Positions 12,675 through 34,790 of a DNA stretch of 64,000 nucleotides are shown one piece after another. The stretch is taken from NCBI GenBank assembly GCA_002269645.1, contig NIVC01000029.1:248001-312000 (forward strand). The letters are read 5' to 3'. The notes under the pieces are model-generated. The model did no database searches. It was not told the origin of the DNA and saw only the letters and a list, made by a program, of their open reading frames with translations. A program made the position numbers and the translations under genes. The DNA is from Macrostomum lignano (Eukaryota). The stretch's first letter is position 1; the number at the start of each line of letters is the position of its first letter.

Positions 12675-15077
12675 TTAAACCGATTTAGATACCAGAAATA
12701 CTGCCACCAGAACGGGCATGAATGTCGTCACGACGTTGGCGTACACACCTTGAGCCGACTTCACCTCGACAACAATTGGCTCGGTAGCCGCGTTCAGCCA
12801 TTCTTCAACTGCTGCCTGTTCGCCAATTTTCTGCAGCGCTTCCGGTAGACGCTTCCGGCACTCGCCGTGGTACCAGTTAAGCCAGCGCAGCTGATCCGGG
12901 CTCAGCATCTCCTGTTTGATCAGCTTCCTCTCGAACGGCACCCAGGTAACCGGCTCAAACCGTAGAAACTTGCCGGTGAGTTTGACTCCGCAAATTGTCT
13001 CAAGCCGAATTCCGAAGCCAAGAACTCCGGCCGCCTCGCGTTGATAAAAGCCCGGCTCAATTGACTGAAAATTTCCCTCCTCGAGCGGATAGTCCCGCCA
13101 GAATTGAGTAGTCCCTGAGTCCCGCCCGATTCCGTTGGGTCCTTCGTGCACCCCTAGGAACAGCCCGATGCCATGTCCGGTGCCGTGGGCGTAGTCTTTC
13201 AGCACTGACCAGAGGTTGTGACGCGCAAACGGGTCCACGTGACGCGTGGTCAGGTGGCTGGGCCACGTCAGATTGAACAAGTCTATAACGCCCATGAGTA
13301 CTCGAGTGTATGCGTCGCGAACCTCGTCAACCGGTTGATCTCCGTAGTAAAATGTCCTGGTGACGTCGGTAGTGCATCCGAGGTAGTGGCCGCCAGAATC
13401 CAATAAAAAAGCCTCGGACTTGGTTATGGACCGATCGGTGCTCTCAGTCGGTCTGTAGTGGATAACGGCGGCGTTTGGGCCGGAGGCGGCAATAGTAGTG
13501 AAGCTGAGGCCGCGGAACTCCGGTATCTTGGCTCGGTAGTTGGCTAGAAGCGCACTGGCCGACAGCTCCGTCATTGCCACATTGTTCGCCATGCGATGCC
13601 GCATCTGATTAAGAAAAGCTACCAGAGCAGCCGAGTCCATCAACGAGCAGTCCTTGAAGGCCACTTGTTCTGCCGAATTCTTCACGGCCTTCGCTTTCTG
13701 GACTGGAGTCGATTTAGAAATTATGACAGCTTTTGACAGCGCGGATTGGACGGCGTAGGAGCAGCTGGCGGCGTCAAGCCAAACTCTGCTGGTGTTTGTG
13801 AGCAGCTGGTTGGCTACCGGGCTCAGCTCCGTCATGCGCTTCAGTTCGATGCAAAGCTGCGCGCCAGCCTCGCATGTTCCGTCGCTATTCAGACTGAGAT
13901 GCTTGCGCAGTGACTCGTTGCCATAGAAATAGGCCGGGTCATCAACGAAAACGAGCGCCTTGTCGGCGGAAAGCAGCACGAGGCTTGGGAAGTAGGGGAA
14001 ATTTGCCACCACAGTGGCTCTCAGATTCAACAGGTAGGCAGTTTCGTCCAGGCCTGTCACAACCAGGAAGTCGGCTTTGTCTGATCCGATTCCCAGGGCC
14101 TCAGAGCGCATCTGAGCGACCTTGGCCTGCCAGGTCTTTCCAGTATAAGTCATTGCCAGCGGATAAATGTCCTGCTTGATGGGCTCAGGACGATTCTCCA
14201 CCCAGATTTCATCGACAAGATTTTTCTGCAGCGGTACCAGCTTAACAGAGGCATTATTCAACAGATTCTCGTAATCTCTGGCTCGAATCTCTCTTGCATC
14301 GACGGCTAGCGAAACACTGGTGCCGTTGTAGGCGTTCACCCATCGATCTGTTGACAGTGAATCGAAGAATTTCCAATCGCAGTCCAACTCTTGATCGGCT
14401 TGCACGGTGTAGCGAGTGTCCGTGAATAGATAGGCTTCGGTTTGACTGACCAGTATCTGGCCTGAAATAAAATTGAAAAAACTGATTTATTACTACGAGT
14501 TATGCCAACGTTACAGACGTGTCCGACTACGTCGATAGTCAATGAAAAATTGGTGACGTGAAAAATCTTATGCCTAAATTTTCTCTTTTTTTTACCTACT
14601 TTTTGTCGTCTTAACCAATCTAAATATACTAAATCTTCTACTATACTAAAAATGATCTTGTACTAATACTCTCAACGTCGGATGGATGTGTGGGTATTGT
14701 ATTGTTTTATTCCTACGCATGTATGCTCCGTATGTGTAAGATGCTTTTTAGGCTTTTTTGCACTTCGTCATTTTGAAATGAGGATTACCACTAGATCCCG
14801 TGAATCCGCTTAGCCATGACCGGTACTGTTCGCTTGGCTGAGGCGCCGACAGCATTCTATTGAGTCCGGTGACCAGGTACCAATCGATGCCTGGAGCAGT
14901 CTCTTGCGCCATGCGATTGCGCAACATCCGCAACCGTTCGGTCGAGTTGAACCGGTTTGGCGGCGGCGTCACTCCGGGCTCGCACAGAGGACGATGCGTT
15001 GGCGGAGGTGCCGCCGCCCTCGCTGCAACCAGAGCAACCAGAGAGCAGAGCAGCAGTAAACTGCAGAGGCGCTTCAT
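12675..15077 (-). CDS. Xaa-Pro aminopeptidase (aminopeptidase P, M24B), signal peptide plus GPI-type tail, 691 aa; exons 15077-14789 and 14461-12675
   Basis: Spliced length is 2076 nt with a GT-AG intron. The junction gives SGFTGSSG-QILVSQTEAYLFTDTRY. Metal-ligand motifs LLDSGG, TTDVTRT, HGTGHGIG, SIEPGFY and GIRLE are present. Hydrophobic N- and C-termini resemble XPNPEP2. Confidence 0.93.
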
Positions 15078-16019
15078 GATCGCAGGTTTGTGACTATTAC
15101 AGCAACTATCGGCAGTAGAAAGTGGCACGAGTCGAGTTTCTTAAATGCAAGTTTTTATCTACGTATAGAAAGCCTTTCTCTTATAACCTTATAACCTAAC
15201 CTTTTAATAGAGTTCGGTTTGCAAGCCAATGACTATAGCTGGTTGCTACGTGTAGTTAATATGCATATATTCAGCTCTGGCCAATGTATCAGAAATGCGT
15301 CATTTTCACTGCGTTATCAGCTCCGATCCATGCTGACATTTTCAGTTAAAAATGTCGCCCTATTTATACATGTATTAATACAACACACACGGTCGAGCTG
15401 CATGCCTTTAGAAGACAGTTTTCAAAGGCTCACGTGCTACAGTTGCAGTAGCACGCTGGGACTCGATACGCTCGTAGTGTATTTATAAAACTTGGTGACT
15501 GATGCGAGCCTTAGGTTAAATCGATGGTTCTGTTCTCAGCTACATGTGATATACCTGTCTGGGTAATGTGTTTGCAAGTACATGAATTAAGTTATGTAAT
15601 AGCTATTACACTGCTGACGCAGATGATAACAGTATTACGTACGTACTAACATAATACCCCGATATCTAACACGAGGCTACGTCACGCACTCATGAAGCTG
15701 CAGTAATCTTCTATGAAAATTCGATCTATGGGTGGAATAATATGGCTTTTGTTATTTCGACTGTTAACACGCTAAAGTTATGAATATATCCCGAGCTAAA
15801 AGAGTTAAGGTGCCGATGATGAACTGATATGGTATGCTGATCGGCATTCATTGGTACCAAGGGGCAGTCGCTGAGATGCTGATGCTACCATGCAGGGCGG
15901 AAACTGAAACTGTTTTAGGCAAAAATTGCTTGATATCCGCTCGTATCCCGGGGATCAATAACTACCTTTCCGGTTTAAGCATCTTAATTGCAGAAAATCA
16001 ACAATTGTTAACGACTTTC

Positions 16020-18022
16020 TGATGAGGACGCACTTTTTTCCAAATCCCGCGCTAGCACATGGGCTCTAAACTTACTAGCCTACTAACAGTGGGCAATGGG
16101 AATTTTTATCCTTTTTCTGCGAATTGTCATAGAATCTATACTAGATATAATGTTTGGTCATACTAGTAGTCATAATAACATAGGCGCAGCTTTTTGGGTC
16201 ATAAATCATCGCTTTCGAAGCTGGTCTGACAGCCACCTGCGCCTCACTCAGTGTTGAGGCGGGCGCCAGATGGTCTGAGAGGATGCGGGCGGTAGCTTTT
16301 TTCTCATCATTTTGACAGGCCATCAAGATTTATGAGGTCAGAGCCTATTGTTCGTGTTCACTCAAGCGTGTGACAGCTTTGACAGCTATGCGTTTTACCC
16401 CTAAAAGTACCTTAGGATTAGCGATTAGTGATTTCTCTTTATTATCTTCACTTTCTATTTAATAAGAGCTTTCTAATGTATATTTTTTCATTAATTTCTG
16501 TCAATCCTACGCGAAAAGTCATAAATCATTTTGTTGCGATTTTTATTGATTTATGGCCGCACCTGTCATCTTTTACGACCCTGTGGGAACTGATAGGATC
16601 TCCCGGTCACGTGATTCTGGGTAGCAACAAGCTTAGCCAATCAGAAAATTCGGCGCTCATTTTAACAAATCGGCTCAGCCAATCAGAATCGATGTGTTCC
16701 ATTATAACAAACTGTGGTCCAGTTGGCGGCTATTTAAACCGGTGTTTTTGGCCCGCTCGGACTCCAACTTGCTCGGGCCCAGCACGCAACTTCTGGTTCC
16801 CGGAGCGCGACCGTCGTTTCTTGATCCCCGGATTGCGACTTCCCCCCATCATCATCAAGGACGAATCCCCCGGTCATCAGCAGCGAACATCAAAGTTAAG
16901 AGCATCACCTGCTAGCTATCAGCGAAGATTGTGACAGCATCATCCCGGGTCTACAGCTGCGAAGCACTAAGCCGATTCGGTCACTGTGGATTACCTGGTC
17001 TCCGGCTGTTGAGTTTCTGATTGGTTGGGTGAGAGGCTACCTAGACTTGCTTGATTGGGTGATTCCCTATCTGTCCCCTGTTTCAGTAGCTGGATTAAGC
17101 GCACACTTTTGCTCTCTTTGTTCAGTAGTGCTGTCTGTTGCTGAGGCAGAAATCATTCAATAATACTGCTAGTAGTCTAAAACTCCAATTCAATCTGAAG
17201 TGTGAAGTGATTGATCTAATGAGAAGGTTAAATCTGACAGTTATTTTTATCGGTTTTATTTCTTTGTTCGCCGATGGCTCAGATGAGTAGCTAAGCTAGT
17301 AGGCGCCGGTCACAGTGGACCAATGGCAAGGCAGTTCTCAGTCGATCAACCTATCAAATCAATGAGCAAAATTGCCAATAGTGCGAAATCGGCGCCAGAG
17401 ATGTACTTTGTGCACTCTAGGTTCGCCAAGCGGCTCGGGTGATGAATCATGCGGTCTCTGAAGTTCGAGTTAGTCTATCATCAGCGCTATGAGAGGCTAG
17501 TTGGCGCGTTGAAGGCCAAAAGTACATATCTTCGTATTTAGCAATGTAATAGTACATGTAGCTACCCCATAGACTCGCCACCGCAAGAATCCCCTGCACA
17601 AGTCCCCTCTGTACCTGCATGGCTGCCTGATCTAGTCCCAGCAGTGTCCCTTATCATCAACTATGACTTCGAGATTGACAGCAAAAAGACACTAGTTGGC
17701 AAGTAAGTTCAAAGCCCCTTCTAGTCGGAAGCCCGATTTCGAGAGTCCCAGTGTGGTGAGCCAGGACGCACGGGCTGGTGGCAGCGAGTTAGAAAATCTG
17801 CGGATTAGCTGATCGCTACCTTCAAAATTCTCCCTGCTCGTCTCTCGCTCGCTGTCCCTCTCTTAGCTATAGGACCTATAAGACTGCTCGCCACACGATC
17901 AAGTTACCATGGGGCTGACCATCTGACAGGAGTGGGGGGGGGCAGGACTCTAATTGATTTATTTCTGAGACCTGAGGCCCGAAGGCTTCCCCACAAGGGG
18001 GCCGAAAGGTCGAAACCCATCA
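16020..18022. mobile_element. 2.0-kb insertion specific to copy 2, solo-LTR-like
   Basis: The empty site in copy 1 is GACTTTAGT (~6915-6923). The insert is bounded by TGATG...CATCA and flanked by TTTC/TTTA. It has two AGCCAATCAG boxes (~16635, ~16676) and a TATTTAAA (~16732); no convincing ORF. Confidence 0.65.
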
Positions 18023-18303
18023 TTTAGTATAAACCACAATCTATTTTTAGTAGGTAAGTATTTATTACTTTATACGGTGCAATCCCCATGTACCTTCCCA
18101 AAGGGGGTTACGATTACTATAGTCCCATTTACTAAAGTTTCTGTGAAAAACTTTAAACACGAGCTAGATTTTTTGCACAATTTCTCAAACAACAATCTAC
18201 AGTATAACAGCATATTCTACAGTTATGCAAGGTCGGTTTATTGTGTATTCAATACACCCCAGTGCACCAATCAGCACCTTGTCAATAAAGCCTCCATATT
18301 TCA

Positions 18304-18578
18304 AGGTCGGGGGGGGGGTTCGATTCCCGATCCCACTCGGAACAATTTGTGTTATTGAGTAAGACACTTAACTCTGCAATGTCTGCATTGCTTCAGTTCA
18401 GCCAGCTGTAAAATGGGTGCCAGCATTAGCCGGGGTAATTATTGAGGGTGTGTGGCGACCACCCAGTCCTTGGACTGAACAGCCGTACGCTCCCTTCAGA
18501 TGCGCCGCGCAATAGCTGCGGCTGAGCTGTCGGTTGCACATCTGGCCAATGGATGTGTAATTAATTATTATTATTTGT
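18304..18578 (+). mobile_element. tRNA-derived CORE-like SINE, copy 2
   Basis: Duplicate of 7197-7462. Confidence 0.7.
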
Positions 18579-19864
18579 TAAAATGGCATCAAACTGTTGC
18601 TTTTCATACTCGTATTTAAGGAATTAAGATCTAACAATGGAATTCTGACCAAATGCTGATTTTGATTGTGTGGCCATATATAAAGGCAGTACATCGAATA
18701 AGATACGTCGAATTTAAGAAAGAATTAATCATTTTCGTATAATTTGTTCAAATCAGAAAAGATACTTAAAATTTTAATTTATCAGCGAGAAGATAAATTG
18801 AAATATGAAAACAGAATATTAAGGCTACATAGCAAAATAGCTGAATATAAAAAACTTTTGCAAGCGGGTTGCTTAATTATCAGTAAAAGCACGCCCAAAC
18901 AAAAAATGATACACATGTCCGCAGCATGCCTACTAAATAAGTAGTCTGTTAATAAGCCAAGCATTCCGAGATAAAAACAAACAAAAAAGGATTGTGATAA
19001 AATGTAAGAAACTAGGAAATTGGTTTGCGGAAGCTTAACTAAAATGTGTGCGGACAGAGAGTGATTTACGAGTAATAGGAAGCAAATCGAGAGCAGAGAT
19101 CATCGGTTAAAATTAGCTTGAAAGCAGCGAAAGATTACGAGTAGATTGGTTTTAAAAACCCTAAAAATTACAGAAAATTTTCAGCGCATGAAATTTCAAA
19201 CATTTTGTCACAGATAGAATAACTAGATGAGCCACTCAGCAGATTTGCGTGCAAGCTACTTTCAGTTCAGTAGTAAGTTAAACAGAAGCGTTTTAATGCA
19301 TTTTTAAAACAAGGCTCATTTACTGGCTCTTACCCCCCTAGCTTAAACCCTCCAACCCCGCCTTTCCACGCACAACCTCCGCCCCAATTTTTATTGCCTT
19401 CTCGGAATTCCAGCCTAAAGCTGCCATGTACATTTCAGTGGACTGGCTAATGTACATCATTGCTGAACCAATTAGCAAGCTGTTTACGCCTGCACTTAGC
19501 TTCTAAACTTAATAAGCATTTAAGCTGCCTTTACTTTTATAAAATAGCTTATGTTCTCGTTTGCTACTGAACTGAAAGTAGAAAGCCGCTTTACTAAGTA
19601 TATGTGCCTGAGTGGCCCATTTAGTTCTTTTAGTATCTGTGTGCATTTTGTGAACAACATTAAAGTGCATTGAGTCAATCAAATTTCTTCTAATATCACT
19701 GATAACTGGGATTTTCAAAAAGCAGCGCTAATTATTGCGCAAGTCTTTAAGTCTAAATTCTAGTTTCGTTTGCAAAATTTTCGATGTTAGCCTGTGCGAT
19801 TTGCATTCAGATTGAGGTTACAAAATGTACCTGAATAAAGACACCACAAGAAAACTAAAAAATT

Positions 19865-21019
19865 GGCTGGCCCAGCAACTGAGGATCTGGGAGGCTGGCC
19901 AAGCAACTGAGGATCTGGGAGGCTGGCCCAGCAACTGAGGATCTGGGAGGCTGGCCCAGCAACTGAGGATCTGGGAGGCTGGCCCAGCAACTGAGGATCT
20001 GGGAGGCTGGCCCAGCAACTGAGGATCTGGGAGGCTGGCCCAGCAACTGAGGATCTGGGAGGCTGGCCCAGCAACTGAGGATCTGGGAGGCTGGCCCAGC
20101 AACTGAGGATCTGGGAGGCTGGCCTAGCAACTGAGGATCTGGGAGGCTGGTCAAGCAACTGAGGATCTGGGAGGCTGGCCCAGCAACTGAGGATCTGGGA
20201 GGCTGGCCCAGCAACTGAGGATCTGGGAGGCTGGCCAAGCAACTGAGGATCTGGGAGGCTGGCCCAGCAACTGAGGATCTGGGAGGCTGGCCAAGCAGCT
20301 GACAATCTGGGAGGCTGGCCCAGCAACTGAGGATCTGGGAGGCTGGCCAAGCAGCTGACAATCTGGGAGGCTGGCCCAGCAACTGAGGATCTGGGAGGCT
20401 GGCCCAGCAACTGAGGGTCTGGGAGGCTGGCCCAGCAACTGAGGATCTGGGAGGCTGGCCCAGCAACTGAGGATCTGGGAGGCTGGCCAAGCAACTGAGG
20501 ATCTGGGAGGCTGGTTCAGCAGCTGACAATCTGGGAGGCCGGCCCAGCAACTGAGGATCTGGGAGGCTGGCCCAGCAACTGAGGGTCTGGGAGGCTGGCC
20601 AAGCAGCTGAGGATCTGGGAGGCTGGCCAAGCAACTGAGGATCTGGGAGGCTGGCCAAGCAACTGAGGATCTGGGAGGCTGGCCCAGCAACTGAGGATCT
20701 GGGAGGCTGGTCAAGCAACTGAGGATCTGGGAGGCTGGTCAAGCAACTGAGGATCTGGGAGGCTGGCCCAGCAACTGAGGATCTGGGAGGCTGGCCCAGC
20801 AACTGAGGATCTGGGAGGCTGGTCAAGCAACTGAGGATCTGGGAGGCTGGCCCAGCAACTGAGGATCTGGGAGGCTGGCCCAGCAACTGAGGATCTGGGA
20901 GGCTGGCCCAGCAACTGACACTCTGGGAGGCTGGCCCAGCAACTGACACTCTGGGAGGCTGGCCCAGCAACTGACACTCTGGGAGGCTGGCCAAGCAACT
21001 GACACTCTGGGAGGCTGGC
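19865..21019. repeat. 28-bp minisatellite GGCTGGCCCAGCAACTGAGGATCTGGGA, ~41 copies
   Basis: Direct inspection; explains ORFs 19787-21071. Confidence 0.97.
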
Positions 21020-21674
21020 AGTGGCCCAAGAGCAAAATTTTACGAACCAAGTTTATAATAATAAGACACAATATGAATAGGAACTAATTAAATAACTTCA
21101 AGCAAAAAAACTTATAAACACAACAGACAATAGAACTATTCAGCAATGTCTGCATGCACTATAATAGCGTAAAAAATCATAAATTAAAGTTATTAATCAG
21201 CAGTTGCAGTAACTCTTGGCCTGATCGCTGGCGGCTGTCTGCTCCACTGGTCTCAGCTCGATGTCTGCATTTGGTATTTAAAATAGTTGCCACGCAAATG
21301 ACAGGCATAAAAGAGTTAAGGAATGTTTTTCAATTTTGTTAGGATGTTGGATAAAGAAGGAATTATAGGATAAAAGTCATGGGTAAACCATATGTAAAAT
21401 AGAAGCCCTGCACAGGTAAGTAGTATACAATGATGATTCTCAAGAGAAAGCATTAATAATTAAATCGTTTATTCAGAAAGACCTATTCAACCAAGCCATT
21501 GAATATTCGATTATATTCATAAAATAAGACTGTTCTGTCTACTAGCCTAGCCAATGTCATGTTAGTAGTATAATGCGGGAACCATTAAAACACACTAACA
21601 ATAAAGGTTAGTTATATAAAGAATCAATAACTATAAAAATATTTAAAAAACAATTAATTAATATGCGTGCTATT

Positions 21675-33639
<11,965 letters not shown>

Positions 33640-34602
33640 TGTAGTTTTGATAATTAAAAAATCAGCGTTATAGGTTGATGAACGTGTTAATTAAATAAAT
33701 TCAATTCACAGATTTTTCCAGCTTAGGAAAAACACTTCTTTTGCAAACCGAATTGGAAGGCTAGGCTACGCTTGGCCTTAAGTCCTCAACTTGGAAAACT
33801 TCTCCGTTTTATAGAAAATATCAGTTTGTAATTTTTAAAGAAATACGTTAACTATCACGTGCATTACATAACCAAAACTTTTATGTAAAAAATGCTGTAG
33901 TTAAACTTTTATCTAAGTACAAAGATGTTAGTTGATCTCTGTAATTTTTTAAAATATTGTTTAAATTATAAAACAACACTATTTTTTTTAAAAGTGCCGA
34001 TTTTTGTATCGGTGTGCCAGTCAGCCAATGAAATTCCGCCGATTAGCGCGAAAATTAATATAAGTTTCATTCACACATTCATGACACTACGCTTTCATTT
34101 TGTAATTGTTATTCAGTTGCAACCATCCGACTAGAAATGATATAGCAAATCAGCCAATTACTTTCCGAATTGGTAAGCTCGATCTAATTTACCGAAATTG
34201 TGGACATCTTATATTTTAATATTTTATTAAATATTATTTTAATAACCGAAATCTGCAGAACTTATTGCTTTAACTGATTTAAATCTTGTTGGTGACTATG
34301 TAATGCGTAATACACTGTAATTATAAAGTGCTATATGTAATTAATACGAACTCTACAAAACGTGTGCAGGTGCATGATGTATGCATCCAGAAAATCAATA
34401 GCGAATAAAGACGCCATGCAATGTACAGCGAGTCAGTTGGGGTTGGCATCGATGTTATACGTCGGCTGAACGTTGGTGGATGTAAAAATACCACATTTGG
34501 CAGTCGGGCGACGTGATCGACGGATTATAAATGTTGTTCTGATTATACATTTGGCACGACCAATTCAAGTACATGTACCACTTTGTCTGTAGCTGCACTA
34601 TC

Positions 34603-34790
34603 AGTGGCGGCGCCACTAGGGGGACATGGGGGGTGTCCTATCTCAGTAAAAGCTATGGGGGCCGGAACATGCCAATGCTTTGTCGCCCTCACCCTACCTG
34701 TGACCCGATATGGAAATCAATAATTTTATGCTTCAGGGCGCCAAAATATATAGCGCTCTCGGCGCCATAATAAGTATATATGCGGCGCCA
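34603..34790 (-). mobile_element. hAT-type MITE end, same family as 5125-5422, reverse orientation
   Basis: Aligns to the reverse complement of ~5250-5422 (CAGTAAAGCTATGGGG, CATGCCAATGCTTTGTC, TGTGACCC, GCCAAAATATA.AGCG). Confidence 0.85.

Larger units (their letters stand above)
9826..19792. repeat. Tandem segmental duplication, copy 2
   Basis: Colinear with 213-8676. Has extra segments at ~11154-11278, ~11704-11915 and 16020-18022; lacks ~954-1091 and ~4967-5674 of copy 1. Confidence 0.95.

Noticed and set aside
16019-16034. CTGATGAG hammerhead or box C motif at the insertion end, and a 14-bp match to ~51254
   Set aside because: No stem II with GAAA nearby, and a 14-mer match is expected by chance in 64 kb.
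19865-21019. CRISPR-like appearance of the 28-bp array and of the other 22-31-bp arrays
   Set aside because: Units are head-to-tail with no unique spacers, there are no cas genes, and the context is eukaryotic.
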